DNA of 64,000 nucleotides from a virus (Duplodnaviria > Caudoviricetes): positions 154,382-218,381 of IMG/VR virus record IMGVR_UViG_3300026549_000032, one strand, 5' to 3'. Positions within the stretch are counted from its first letter, which is position 1. Every line of letters begins with the position of its first letter. The notes under the pieces are model-generated. The model made no database searches, was not told the DNA's origin, and saw only the letters and a list, made by a program, of their open reading frames with translations. Shown here one piece after another: positions 7,424 to 18,800 of this stretch. The translations under genes and the position numbers were made by a program.

Positions 7424-7986
7424 AATAGACGACTATAGTGATGATAGCATAGTCTGTGGATATTGTCCAGAGAACTTAAGGGAAGAGGAATTAAAGACTT
7501 TTGTTCCTCTTTTTACTGTTATCCAATATGACATAGGACTCCTGCGAGGACAAGAGTGGGAATCTGGAACTGGCTTGGAATGGTTTGTCTGGTATAAGAA
7601 ACAAGAGAACCATTGGACCTATCCGGTCTCCACAAAACCAGACCCGTTTTATACATCAATGGACGCCGACGGTAAAATGGTCCGTGGATTTGTTGATGAT
7701 AGATACTATCGAATTCACATTCTCTCTATAAGTGGTGAAGGAGATAGATACTCTTCGTACGGCGGAGTTTCACTAGTCATAGATAGGTGGAATGGAGAAC
7801 CGCATGTGGTAGGGATTGGTGAAGATGATGGTTGGTTCTTTCCAGAGACTCTCTATTGGAGGAACTTAGACAAAGAAGGAATCAATAAGTGGGAACTCTG
7901 GAGACTGTGTCAAGCTGTAGGAGATGTTAGGTGGGAAGCTTTCGGTGAGGAAGAAGACTACGGACAGAAAATAAAAGATTGGTTGT

Positions 7987-8433
7987 ATGGTTTGGGGAAT
8001 AAGTAATGTTTGGATAACCTATGCCATGTACCAGGGATACAGAACAGTTCCCATGAGAAGTGACCTGGATATCTTTGAAAGGTCTACTAGGGATAGTGGA
8101 AAGCTACTTAAGATCTATATGGATGAACTAAAGGAACACTTTCCAAAGGCCTTTGAAGAGAACCCTTTGATAGGAACTTATAATAGTCCATATCAAGAGA
8201 GTTTTGAACAGTACAACCTTCGGTACCTAAGGTACATGAGAATATTCTCTTGGAACTCGGACCTGAGGGCAGCACTGTGGGATACTTACAAATACTCTGT
8301 CATGATTCCCTACAGGAAGAACAAACTTCTACGAAAGCTGGCAAAGGAATGCAATAGAACCATGCGAAGAGAACCAGACTTTATCAGGTACATCTTTAGC
8401 AGAGAAGACATAACTAAGTATAAAGTGGTATAA
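7987..8433 (+). CDS. hypothetical protein, MxW family (MVWGI)
   Basis: ORF track. Confidence 0.6.
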   Translation: MVWGISNVWITYAMYQGYRTVPMRSDLDIFERSTRDSGKLLKIYMDELKEHFPKAFEENPLIGTYNSPYQESFEQYNLRYLRYMRIFSWNSDLRAALWDTYKYSVMIPYRKNKLLRKLAKECNRTMRREPDFIRYIFSREDITKYKVV

Positions 8434-8450
8434 TTAAAAAAAATACAAGT

Positions 8451-8867
8451 ATGTTGTTAATAGTAATGATTATTTTCTGGAGTATTGTATTAGTAGGACT
8501 CTTAGGATACACATTAATTAGTGAGTACAAAGATTGGAGAAGAAAGAAAACTATGGAAGCCAACTTAGAATACCCTCCTAAGACGCCCATCAAACTTTTC
8601 GCAGTCAAACATGTCCTTCATTGGAAATTAGAGGGAGATGATTTTGACATGGGAAAGGTGAAGGAAGCTAAGAAGGAGTGCATCAGGTGGCTTAATGCGA
8701 CGATCTATAAGGAACCTGGACTGGAGAGTATAGTAGTAGTTTCTCCAGAAGACCTAAACAAATGGAGAGACAAGTTCCGTACCTTAGGCGATATGAAGGC
8801 TTGGATAAAGGAACAGGACGAAATACTTGCCGAATACATAAAGATCAAAGAAGGAAACTTCGAATAG
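8451..8867 (+). CDS. N-terminal membrane-anchored hypothetical protein
   Basis: Hydrophobic N-terminal helix followed by a basic stretch. Confidence 0.55.
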   Translation: MLLIVMIIFWSIVLVGLLGYTLISEYKDWRRKKTMEANLEYPPKTPIKLFAVKHVLHWKLEGDDFDMGKVKEAKKECIRWLNATIYKEPGLESIVVVSPEDLNKWRDKFRTLGDMKAWIKEQDEILAEYIKIKEGNFE

Positions 8868-8869
8868 GT

Positions 8870-9172
8870 GTGAACTGGCTAGGGGTAAGAGATAAGAGAG
8901 TAATTTACGAATATCTTCGCCTGTACGACGATAAGTTCAACGACGGACTAGACAACATCTACGAACAAAGCGCTCTTGAGATTGCTCAGTGGTTTGAGAA
9001 GAGATGGCCAGATAAAGAGCTAAAGTCGAAAGGAACAGTTGCTCGAAGCTTATTGTATACTTTCGGTTACAATCAAATAGGAGACGTCTTGGCTGAACTA
9101 ATAATCGACATAGAGGCATTGGGCAGAGCTTTTGAAGAAGAGATCGTACCAGAAGCAAGGGGTTGGATATGA
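8870..9172 (+). CDS. MxW family protein (GTG start, MNWLGVRDK)
   Basis: In-frame GTG at 8870; paralog of 9169 (MNWMRVKNK). Confidence 0.5.
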   Translation: MNWLGVRDKRVIYEYLRLYDDKFNDGLDNIYEQSALEIAQWFEKRWPDKELKSKGTVARSLLYTFGYNQIGDVLAELIIDIEALGRAFEEEIVPEARGWI

Positions 9173-9474
9173 ATTGGATGAGAGTTAAGAATAAGGACGT
9201 AATCACGGTTTACGTTAATCTCTTCGAAGAGATCCAACCGAAAAGAGCTGGAAAGATACTTCTCGATTGTTTCCAAGATAATGTAGAGGACTTAGTAGAA
9301 TGGCTCAAGGTGGAAAGACCAGATATAGACATAACTAACCCAATAGGTAACTTAGAGGGAGATAAGAACATAATCGATGCCTTATGGTCGGTGAGGTCAA
9401 TCTGGGATGCCTTCCTGGAGAGGATCGTAGAGCCGGTTAATGATGAACTGCCGGGGATGGTGCCAGTAATGTGA
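9169..9474 (+). CDS. MxW family protein (MNWMRV)
   Basis: ATGA overlap; tandem paralog of 8870. Confidence 0.55.
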   Translation: MNWMRVKNKDVITVYVNLFEEIQPKRAGKILLDCFQDNVEDLVEWLKVERPDIDITNPIGNLEGDKNIIDALWSVRSIWDAFLERIVEPVNDELPGMVPVM

Positions 9475-9504
9475 GATGACTAAAGGCGGTCATCTTTTTT
9501 TTTT
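9474..9504 (+). terminator. intrinsic terminator
   Basis: AGATGAC...GTCATCT hairpin plus long T-run. Confidence 0.75.
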
Positions 9505-10030
9505 GGAGTTGGGAGTTTCCGTGGATCGACGTCTGGAGCGAAGCAGAAGACAGAGAGGAACAAAAGACATGAAAGACAAAGAGGTCCCGCCCACCGCGCC
9601 AACTCCACATGCTCCGCCTAATCGGCTACACATGTTCCGCGCCCGGGACCTCTAATGGGAAAAGGCCTTCGGCCAATCCCAGATGGATACTATGGGAGAT
9701 TATATTGTCTCGAGCCTGAACGAAGTGAGGGCGAAGAGAAAAGAAAACAAGGTAATTATTTTTTTAGGGTAGATAACCATTACATAGGATACTGGTAAGT
9801 TTTATCCTTAAAAATAATTGATCTCTAGTAGAAGGTATTTCTTTAGGTAATTTTGCGTAAAAATACTCTATATAGATATCTGTGTACTTTTACCCTTAAA
9901 AGTAACTATTTCTGGAAGGTATTTTTAGTAAGGTGGGGGATTTGGTTCGATTTTGGCTAATTTTGTCTCTATATAGGCCTAAATCCCCCATATTTTTAGC
10001 CTCAAAATTAATGAAAACCTTATACATGTA
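9505..10030. other. structured non-coding region (inverted and direct repeats), possible origin, ncRNA or element end
   Basis: 10-bp IR AGAGGTCCCG (9580)/CGGGACCTCT (9644); GGCC-TTC-GGCC hairpin; imperfect direct repeats TTTTAyCCTTAAAArTAA..GAAGGTATTT; IR TGGGGGATTT/AAATCCCCCA. Confidence 0.45.
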
Positions 10031-10107
10031 AAGAAGATTATTTGTTCAGCAGAGCTTCACGGAGGCTCCCAACTGAACATTTTTTAACGAAGTACAAATT
10101 TTATTCT

Positions 10108-12108
10108 ATGAATGTAAAAACATTAGTTGTACCAAAAGGAATACGGTACATTTCACAGTGGGAAGGGTTTAGCCTTCCCGAGTTTCCAAACATTATTGAT
10201 AAACAAATTCCTGGTTGTGGATTTACTGAGTATTGTATAACTAATAATCAGAATATTATTTTGGTTTCTCCAAGAAAAATTTTGTTACAAAATAAAAGAG
10301 ATCAGCATCAAGGGGAAGTTTACTTAGTACAAAGTATTCTTCCTGAACTTGGTGTTGATTTAGATTTGACAGATAAGAGAACCGGTAAGAAATCTGCAAC
10401 AAAAGAATTCTCAGAAGAAGATAAAGCAGCTATTGAAAGAAACTATATCCGAATTAGGGAGGAAGTTATTGGTCATTACTTAACTAGATCAGCTGTAGGA
10501 CTTTCCTCTAAAATCCTAGTTACTTATGATTCTTATGGAAAAGTAAAAGAAGCATTAACTAGTATTGGGGTTTTTGATCAGTTTTATACTGTTGTAGATG
10601 AGTTTCAGTCAATTTTTGTTGATAGTAGATTCAAGTCTGAAACAGAGATTGAGTTTTTGAATTTCCTACAGGATGTTAACAGACTTTGTTATGTAAGTGC
10701 AACACCAATGTTAACTAATTACCTTGAAGATCTTGATGAGTTTAAAAATCTTCCTTATTTTCAACTCGACTGGGAGACAGAAGATAAGTCTCGAACAATT
10801 AAACCTCACTTAGATATTAGATCTCTCAAGACAGTCCAATCTGATGCTTCTAAAATTATTGAATCATATAAATCTGGCAATTTTAAAACATCAGCCAGAA
10901 TAGGGAGTGATGGAAAATCAGAAATGGTTAAATCTAAGGAAGCAGTTTTTTATGTCAATTCGGTAAATAATATTATCAATATTATTGATCGTGCAAATCT
11001 GAAGCCAGAGGAAGTTAATATTCTCTGTGCAGATACTCCAGAAAACTTAAAGAAGATTCAAAAGAAGCTTGGAAAAGGATTTACCATTGGAAGCGTTCCT
11101 TTGAGAGATGAGCCTCGGAAAATGTTTACCTTATGTACCCGTACGGTTTACCTTGGCGCTGATTTTTACTCTGATAATGCAAGAACATTTATCTTTAGTG
11201 ATGCTAACATTGATTCTATGTCAGTAGATATCACTCTTGATCTCCCTCAAATACTTGGTAGGCAGAGACTTGAATCTAACCCCTGGAAGAATAAAGCTCT
11301 GATTTACGTGAAGATTAGATCTAGGGAAAAGATGATGCTAGAGGAGTTTAAGGAGCATATTAATAAAAAGCTAGAACTTACTAAACAGCTTCTTGAAAAC
11401 TACGAAGTAGCACCTAATAAATCTGCAGCCACCATGGTATACGAAGATAGAGCCGCGTATAGAAAATATTCTTTTGATTACGTGGCAGTAAACAAAAAGG
11501 GTGGAAGTAATAAGTTTCCAGTCATGAATCAACTTGTTATGATATCTGAGAAACGAGCTTATGATATTCAGCAGATAGACTATGCCGATAGATTTAGTGT
11601 ATTTAATACTATTCAAAATACTTTTGAGGTCGCTGATCTTGAAATTACTGAAGAAATTACCAAGTTTCAGGATAAATTTCAAACAGCCTCTACTCAGAAG
11701 AAGAAAATGAAAGTTTTATGTACAGAGGAAATTTCAGAGGCAGCTTTACCCTCGATTTTAAATCTAGTTCCTGAATATATGAAGAAATTCTATATTCTTC
11801 TTGGCCCGGAGAGATGTAGATCTCTTGGTTATGACTACAGTAAAATGACCTACGAAGTAGAGCATGTAAAATTAAAAGACGACGCTATCTTGAATAGAAT
11901 TTATCAAGAATTTAGCGTAGGAATTAAAATTACTAAAGCCGAAGCTAAGGCAAAGCTAGTTAAGCTCTATCAAGAGGTTGGTTATGGTAAAACACCAAAA
12001 GCTGTAGATCTGCAAGAGTGGTTTGAAATAAAAAGGGCTCAGATTAAAGATCAGGTTACTGGTAAATTTTCAGAAGGTTTTGAATTACTAGCAAAGAAAA
12101 TCAATTAA
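10108..12108 (+). CDS. SF2 helicase-like protein with degenerate Walker A
   Basis: PGCGFT (motif I-like), VVDEFQ (II), SATP (III), TRTVYLGADF (V), QILGRQR (VI); likely start ATG 10108. Confidence 0.65.
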   Translation: MNVKTLVVPKGIRYISQWEGFSLPEFPNIIDKQIPGCGFTEYCITNNQNIILVSPRKILLQNKRDQHQGEVYLVQSILPELGVDLDLTDKRTGKKSATKEFSEEDKAAIERNYIRIREEVIGHYLTRSAVGLSSKILVTYDSYGKVKEALTSIGVFDQFYTVVDEFQSIFVDSRFKSETEIEFLNFLQDVNRLCYVSATPMLTNYLEDLDEFKNLPYFQLDWETEDKSRTIKPHLDIRSLKTVQSDASKIIESYKSGNFKTSARIGSDGKSEMVKSKEAVFYVNSVNNIINIIDRANLKPEEVNILCADTPENLKKIQKKLGKGFTIGSVPLRDEPRKMFTLCTRTVYLGADFYSDNARTFIFSDANIDSMSVDITLDLPQILGRQRLESNPWKNKALIYVKIRSREKMMLEEFKEHINKKLELTKQLLENYEVAPNKSAATMVYEDRAAYRKYSFDYVAVNKKGGSNKFPVMNQLVMISEKRAYDIQQIDYADRFSVFNTIQNTFEVADLEITEEITKFQDKFQTASTQKKKMKVLCTEEISEAALPSILNLVPEYMKKFYILLGPERCRSLGYDYSKMTYEVEHVKLKDDAILNRIYQEFSVGIKITKAEAKAKLVKLYQEVGYGKTPKAVDLQEWFEIKRAQIKDQVTGKFSEGFELLAKKIN

Positions 12109-13292
12109 CAGCCTTATTAATGTTATGGTAGAAAAAGTTTTAGAAAATCAATTTATTGAATTAGAGAACAAAGAAGAACAGTTTAGTATATTGACTACTT
12201 TTAATGAGCTTTACTTCGATGCAAATCCTGCTATTGATGAGTTTCTCTTTCGGGTACAGAACTATGAAATGACAGATCTTCCTTTTGGACAGAGATATTT
12301 CATGCTGTCTCCTCTATCCCTTGAAGAATATTATGATGTAATAGGGTACTTCGTAAGGAATGGTTATAGAAAGAGGCTTAAGTTATCTATATCTAGTCCA
12401 CACGAGTACAAGGGGACTCATTATAAAAGAGAAATTTGGACTTTTGGTAGGATCCAAGAAGAAAAGAATTATTTTAAAAAAGCAATATATGTTTTTGAAC
12501 CTTTTCAATATCAGCTTAGAATTTTTATCAAGGTAGACAGAAAACAACTTGAGGAATTTAGAGAATTGTTGAAGGGGCTGTCAGGATATAAAATTAATTG
12601 GCTCCTAGTAGATAGAGAGCCTCTGGCAGAAAGTGATTGGATTTTAAAATAATCTTAATTGAGATGATAATTTTAAGAGATAAAAATTTTGCTTCAAGAG
12701 CTGAGATTGGAGCTAGACCCGATAAATGCGCCGAAAAGCAATGTGAAGGTGTTTTGATAGAACTTATCAAAGCACTTGAATTTTACGACCGCCAGAGTAA
12801 TATGAAACACTGGTTGCTAGAAGAAATAGTTGGAAGATACTTTAAAGAGGCTGTAGTAGCAGGAACATCTATAACTGACTGTTTAATTAGAGGAGACGAT
12901 GGTCCAGAGGTAAAGAGACGAATCGGTATTAGACTTACCACAGGAGATAAATTTATAGAAGAAGTATTTGATCTTTTTAAACCAGGTAAAGAACAATATA
13001 GGAAATATGCTTCCTCTTATAAAAACGAATTAGATAACCTAAATCTAGATGTTGATACTTATAAGAGGGTTTTGAAGTATATTTCCCTTACTTTTACTGG
13101 TCAGATTGATCCAGACGTAGACGACTTTTGGAATAATAAAATATCAACTATGAAGGTTGACTACAACTCCATATGTCCTTTAAATACCGAAGTGACTAAG
13201 AGAACCGAACACCTTTTGCTTCAATGTATAGTTAATATCAAATGCTATTCAACTCCAGAGATGGATAGACTATTGAGAAATTATTAAAAATA

Positions 13293-13332
13293 AAAGGAGT
13301 TCAGTCCTAATTAAGGGCTGTTCTCCTATTTT
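13293..13332. terminator. bidirectional terminator between convergent genes
   Basis: AGGAG-TT-CAGTCC...GGGCTG-TT-CTCCT hairpin with A/T tails. Confidence 0.65.
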
Positions 13333-13701
13333 TATCTTACTCCGACTTTATATACGGCCACTTTTATACCACTTACACCCTTCTCAATGAAATACATTAC
13401 TCCTTTCCCTGGTGATATTTCTTCCTCCCTAAAGTAGTGTGGTTTTCCTTGTGGTAAAGTCTTCAAGGCCTCTGACTCCGAATTCAACATAGAGTACTCT
13501 AAGAAATCCGTTACGTATACTGGCTTTTTAAAACCAAACTTTTCCGGGTCCCTAGAGATTTGTGATATTGTATCTAGGGTTTCTTCTGCTTCTAAGTCTT
13601 CGTAGAGTCGTCCACCAGGCCACTTAATTTGTTCGGCCACAAGGTAGTATTTCGTTCCTTTGTACTTAGTAAACAGGGCTTGAACCGCTGCCTGAAGATT
13701 A

Positions 13702-14343
13702 TTACATCTCTTCATCGTCTATCCTCCTCTTAAAGTAATACTTACTTCCATGAATCGGACCACACTCGGGGCCACAGTTAATGGGATATGTCGTAGTGGG
13801 CTCTATCCCACACATTTCCCAACCCTGTTTGCCAAGGGATGTTAGGGTCTTGATGTCGAGAGAAGTCAGGGTCTTATATTCCCAAAGATCACCTTCGTAG
13901 TCATAATCTTCCTCATCCTCGTCGTCTTCATCCTTATTGTACTCGTCGAGAGGACCTAAGAGAGCCTCTAGTTCCTTTAACCTGGTGTAGAGAGTCTCAT
14001 TCGTTACTGTATACTCGGTGTAATCCTTCTTATCGCCTTCAAAGGAAACTGTGATGTAGCTCTTGTAGAGTATCTCTTTGCTGTTTTCATTTACATACTT
14101 AATGCTCCCTAGACGAATGGCGGAGATAGGAACGATCTTTGAATTGAAAATTCCTTCCTTGTACATGTCCTCCTCTGCCTCCACTTTGAAGGGATAGTAC
14201 CAGTGAGGTCTATATTTTTCACCTGCTCTAGCGACTAGTTTACGCTCAAAGTCACCATAAGATTCGTCCCAGTAGAGGTCTTTTATTTTACCACCACTGT
14301 CTAAGCGTTCCTTTATTGTTTCAACGATATTCTTTACTACCAT
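13702..14343 (-). CDS. DUF4177-like domain protein
   Basis: WEYKTL...LGKQGWEMCGI...YYFKR. Confidence 0.55.
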   Translation of the reverse strand: MVVKNIVETIKERLDSGGKIKDLYWDESYGDFERKLVARAGEKYRPHWYYPFKVEAEEDMYKEGIFNSKIVPISAIRLGSIKYVNENSKEILYKSYITVSFEGDKKDYTEYTVTNETLYTRLKELEALLGPLDEYNKDEDDEDEEDYDYEGDLWEYKTLTSLDIKTLTSLGKQGWEMCGIEPTTTYPINCGPECGPIHGSKYYFKRRIDDEEM

Positions 14344-14726
14344 ATTACTTTTCGTTTAAGCCAAAACTTATTAGCATGTTTCCACTGTCCTTCCTTATTG
14401 TCCATGACTGGTTGAACACTAACCAGTTCCCAACCAAGTTCCCCATACTCGTTGAGGTCTTTCTCAGTTATGTTTAGTCGGGTTATGTATTCGAACTTAT
14501 CAGGCCTTCTACTGTAGTTGGAGGTTATGCTGGATCTGAAATTCCACTTATCATCCCAATCTTTAAACTCTCCATAGACTTCAGTCCCATCAAGTTCTTC
14601 TATGGTTAGTCCATAATGACCTGGTCCATCTTTTATTCTAGCTACACGACTCGGACCATAATACTGTTTTTTGATAGGCTGTTTCTCTTCTTTACTCATG
14701 ATCCCGTTCTGGTGCAGTAATGCCAC
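14337..14726 (-). CDS. DUF4177-like domain protein
   Basis: KFEY...LNEYGELGWELVSV...FWLKR. Confidence 0.55.
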   Translation of the reverse strand: MALLHQNGIMSKEEKQPIKKQYYGPSRVARIKDGPGHYGLTIEELDGTEVYGEFKDWDDKWNFRSSITSNYSRRPDKFEYITRLNITEKDLNEYGELGWELVSVQPVMDNKEGQWKHANKFWLKRKVIW

Positions 14727-15556
14727 TCAGTCAGTTCCTCAATCTTCTTCCAGTCTTTGTCACTGGGGTTGCTACAATCATCAGCCCAGAAGTCCATGCA
14801 ATCACCATCCAAGTCATTGGGAGTAGTGGGAATTTTGACGGAATTGGTTTTGAGGATTTCGTCGAATGGAGGAAAGTCCTTCTCATGTTCCTCTAACCAG
14901 TCCATTAGACCGTAATCCGCGAAGTTAAATCTGGCACTATAGTATAGGAAGTCTTTCTGCCTATCTGTTTCGAACCAAGACTTGCCTTCATCGTTGGTGT
15001 AAGTCCGGAGAAAGTTCTCCTTATGGTTCTTTTCCCATGGCTTCTCAGGATCAGGAACGATGGCTTTTACCTTCTGAATTACACTCACCACATAATTTCT
15101 GAACTCCTGAATTAATGGAGTTGGTGTCTCAAGTTCTGGGTAATATTTATACTCATGCTGCTTTCCGTCCCACTCAAGCATTTTTATTGCAATCTCAGGG
15201 ACCTTCGGATCAAAGAGGTAGTTCAGAAGTGTATCCCAGTAGACTTTATTCTTGTTAACGGGGTCAGGGCAAGCTCCCCATATTTCTCGGTACATATCAT
15301 TTTCATCCTCTTTGAAACCTGGGGCTTGGTAAGAATCTTCATAAACCCAATCCTCTTCTTCACCCTCTTCAGCCTTTTTCATAGCATCCTTGAGACTCTT
15401 AACCCACTCTTTATAGCGGTCATAAGAGAACTGGATAAGTCTAAAGAATGGGATCTTCTTCTTTAACTCCTCAAAGGTAATACCTTCCTTTGGTCCACAT
15501 ATAAAGACCTCAGTCGAGGAGTTAGTAATAACGTCTGTCTTACTTTTGATCTTCAT
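14696..15556 (-). CDS. TNSS-leader family protein 1
   Basis: N-terminus MKIKSKTDVITNSSTEVF. Confidence 0.65.
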   Translation of the reverse strand: MKIKSKTDVITNSSTEVFICGPKEGITFEELKKKIPFFRLIQFSYDRYKEWVKSLKDAMKKAEEGEEEDWVYEDSYQAPGFKEDENDMYREIWGACPDPVNKNKVYWDTLLNYLFDPKVPEIAIKMLEWDGKQHEYKYYPELETPTPLIQEFRNYVVSVIQKVKAIVPDPEKPWEKNHKENFLRTYTNDEGKSWFETDRQKDFLYYSARFNFADYGLMDWLEEHEKDFPPFDEILKTNSVKIPTTPNDLDGDCMDFWADDCSNPSDKDWKKIEELTEWHYCTRTGS

Positions 15557-16313
15557 TTCTTTTCTTGATTATATGATTCTTTGTATCTAATTCCCAAATC
15601 TCGTTTATGGCAATCTCATCCATAAACTTCTTCACCTCTTCTGGAGTGGCTGGTCTTATATCATCCTTATCCATTATAGTCAAGGGACCATCTATCGCCC
15701 TGTCTAGTTGGAATCCACCGTCGTAGGAAGGATGATAGGTAGAGATTTTCTGTCTATCCTTTGATAACATGAGGACAAACCTAATCCCTTTGTAGGACTT
15801 TGTGAGTCGTTCCATGCTTTTATCGAAGAAAACTGTTACCATAGAACCATCATTTGGGAGACTCTCAACCAGACTCTGCATTCTTTCCTTATGCTTCATC
15901 TCTTTCCAGTCGTCGACCAGACTTCGTCCACCACATTCGGTATCATGAGATCCGAAAGCATAGCCAACGAGGTCCTTGTAATGATGTTTGGTCTTTTCCC
16001 AAATTTCGTCGATGGTCTGCCCTGGGTAGTCATAGAGGAAGTTTCCTTTCTCTTCCCATGGGTCCTCATCTGGGAGGGGAATTTTATCTATGTTGCCTGT
16101 TGACCACAAGTCGTTCCAAGCCCAACCTTTATAATCACGATCGGTTATGGTTTCCTTTAAGTCATCCAATGTATTAACTTCCCAGAGATCTAGCTCTTGG
16201 CCTTGTTCTTTAATCCAAGCCTTCATGTCGAAGTAGTCTTTGTCCATCTTGAATATGAACACTTCAGTACTACTATTCGTTATAACATCCGTTTTAGATT
16301 TAACTTTTATCAT
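15540..16313 (-). CDS. TNSS-leader family protein 2
   Basis: MIKVKSKTDVITNSSTEVF from ATG 16313. Confidence 0.65.
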   Translation of the reverse strand: MIKVKSKTDVITNSSTEVFIFKMDKDYFDMKAWIKEQGQELDLWEVNTLDDLKETITDRDYKGWAWNDLWSTGNIDKIPLPDEDPWEEKGNFLYDYPGQTIDEIWEKTKHHYKDLVGYAFGSHDTECGGRSLVDDWKEMKHKERMQSLVESLPNDGSMVTVFFDKSMERLTKSYKGIRFVLMLSKDRQKISTYHPSYDGGFQLDRAIDGPLTIMDKDDIRPATPEEVKKFMDEIAINEIWELDTKNHIIKKRNEDQK

Positions 16314-16316
16314 ATT

Positions 16317-16327
16317 CCTTATTAAGG
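16317..16327. promoter_or_regulatory. overlapping bidirectional CCTTA motif
   Basis: CCTTATTAAGG reads CCTTA-N4-GG on both strands, between divergent genes. Confidence 0.55.
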
Positions 16328-17892
16328 TAATGAAAAAGTTATGAATCAAGAAAAATTTAAAATTACAAACACAACAGAACTAAAAGACGGTGAAATTATA
16401 AAAAGTGGAGACATCTGGGCGGCTTATAAAGGTCAGTCTCCGAAAGATCCGGAACAGATGTTAGTTCACTTCTCTATTAATATAGCAACTGGTACCCTCA
16501 GGAAAGAGGAGCATGAAGTACCGAAGTGCTTGGGTTGGGGAAGAACGTCTCTGTTGATGAGATGTGAGTCCTTTCTTCCAGCCCTCGATAGGCACGGTTA
16601 TGTATGGAATAATGTGATGAGAAAATTAATTGCATTCCATGGCTAAAAAGGAAAGAACTGAGAAAGTCAGAAAGTACTTAGAGTCTCTCGACAAAGGAGC
16701 ACTCTTATCAATCATTAAGTACGGCTTGAGAGGAGATAGTAGTGCACCTCCTGAAGTTACTGTGGAGGACATATACGAAGTAATTGGTTGTCAATATATA
16801 AGTGAAGTAGTATGAAAGATTACAGCGGAAAGAGTTTAAGCGAACTAAGTCGCGAAGAAGTTGCAGAGATTATTAAAGTTGGTGAAAAACTTCCTAAAGA
16901 GCTGTCCATTGTTGGATGGGATGATATCGAGGAGGATGAACTCGTTGATGACTCCGCCCTTGAGGAACAAGCTACCCACGAATGGGTTAGGGAGAATTTC
17001 GTCGGCAAGTGTTTCATGGATACCCGCCAGACGATTGTCTTGAAGATACTCAGAGTTCGTGACAGTGACGGTCCTGATGAATTCCTGTTTGAGGAGTTTG
17101 ACAAGGACGATAAGACTGGTTCTTGGGGACTCATGGAGTATTACATGTACGAGCAGCAGGGTGAACCTAAGCTTGATGTACATGGCCCTGATCACGTATT
17201 TGTTGAGCAGAACGTCTTTGATGGATACTGTATGGGCAATGATGGTAATTTGTACTTGGAGAAAGAGGAGTCAGGAATGTATATACCCCTCCGACCGATC
17301 GAGGAAGAGGCCTTCAATAAGATCAAGGCAGAAGTTTACGAGGACTATAAACTCGGCTATTGATGGACTGTAAGGGATGAACTAAGCAACTGTTACGATG
17401 GTCTATGTGAAATGATTAAAGTATATAAAGATGTTGACTGACGAACAGATTGAGGCACGTGCCTTAGAGATATTCCCCGTTCGAGAGAAGGAGAATAAGA
17501 AAGCGACTGGCACCTATGATAGTAACTTTCCAAGGCGGAAGGCCTATATACAGGGTTGCAAAGACTTTAGGGATCAACTCCTAGCCAAAGCAGCGAGAAC
17601 TACTTCCAAAGTTATCAAGGCTCAGGAAGAGGATACGTGTAGACCCTACTTGGCACTTGAGAATTTATGTTATATCCCCGCTCCAAAGTTTTGTGAGGAA
17701 GGGGATAAAGTTACGGTTATAATGATTAAAGAAGATGTTTGAAGATGCAAAAGCAGCATTATCCGCTGCATATGGTCTCGTAGAAGACAGATTAATGCAA
17801 CACGACTACCGGACTGGTCCTGGCAAGAAGGCTCGGAAAAAGAAGAAGGCTGCACGCCGTCGGGAGAAACAAGGACGAAGAAATAGTAGGCG

Positions 17893-18270
17893 ATGAGCGA
17901 TAAAGATAAGAAACTTCTTTTAATAGATCTAAGTGCCAGATTGCCTTATAGACAGTTTGTCTTATTAGGCGGAAAAGAAACAGTTATGCTGTGTGGCATT
18001 GATGGTGATGAAGTATACCTAAACATTGACTCAGATTCATTTCATGTAGAAAGCATCAAACCTTATCTCAGGCCAATGTCTTCAATGACGAGAGATGAAT
18101 CCTATGAGTTAGATCACGTTGAAGAGAGATATGATAATCACTACGATTCGATAGTTGCACAAATTGATTGGCTCAATAAGCATCATTTTGATTATCGTGG
18201 ACTAATTGAAAAAGGTCTTGCATTGGAGGCACCAAAGGGAATGTATGGTACGGACCTGCACAACAATTGA
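17893..18270 (+). CDS. KPYLRPMSSMT/HHFDYRGLIEKGLALEAP family phage protein
   Basis: Paralog of 18342 and 43185. Confidence 0.65.
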   Translation: MSDKDKKLLLIDLSARLPYRQFVLLGGKETVMLCGIDGDEVYLNIDSDSFHVESIKPYLRPMSSMTRDESYELDHVEERYDNHYDSIVAQIDWLNKHHFDYRGLIEKGLALEAPKGMYGTDLHNN

Positions 18271-18341
18271 ACAATCCAGAGAAGTGGTGGAAAGTCGGGA
18301 AGACAATATCACTTCTCCTACCCTCCCTGTATTCTAGAGAT

Positions 18342-18800
18342 ATGAAAGAAGAAGATAGAGAATTATTGTATAGGGAACTATGTGCTAGAAAACCTTTTGG
18401 AGTAATAGCTAGTACTATAAAGGATGTAGATACTAGTGTGGATCTAGGGCATGGAAACTATAAGCAGGCCAAATTCACTGGAAGGATTAGTTGTATATCT
18501 TACCCAATAATTAGCATAAGTGATGAGACCCTTGAAGAGTCGGGTGATTCTCACATTGATAATGTCCGGCCTTATCTTCGTTCAATATCCTCATTAACTG
18601 CAGAAGAGGAAAAGGAAAGAAGAGAGTTAGGAATTTGGATAAAACAGATCTCGAAAGATAAAGTAGTATTCAAAGGAATAGAGTTAGAGTCAGATTTTAC
18701 AAAAGCTTTAAACTGGATTTATCAGCACCACTTAGATATAAATGGGTTGATAGAAAAAGGTCTAGCTTATGAAGCACCAGATGGAATGTATCGATTATGA
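18342..18800 (+). CDS. same family, copy 2
   Basis: RPYLRSISSLT, HHLDINGLIEKGLAYEAP; likely start ATG 18342. Confidence 0.6.
   Translation: MKEEDRELLYRELCARKPFGVIASTIKDVDTSVDLGHGNYKQAKFTGRISCISYPIISISDETLEESGDSHIDNVRPYLRSISSLTAEEEKERRELGIWIKQISKDKVVFKGIELESDFTKALNWIYQHHLDINGLIEKGLAYEAPDGMYRL

Noticed and set aside
11371-11682. Antisense ORFs inside long genes (also 15155, 16820, 25273, 41375, 52492, 53074, 62409)
   Set aside because: They are nested opposite well-supported genes and have no CCTTA motif or recognisable content.
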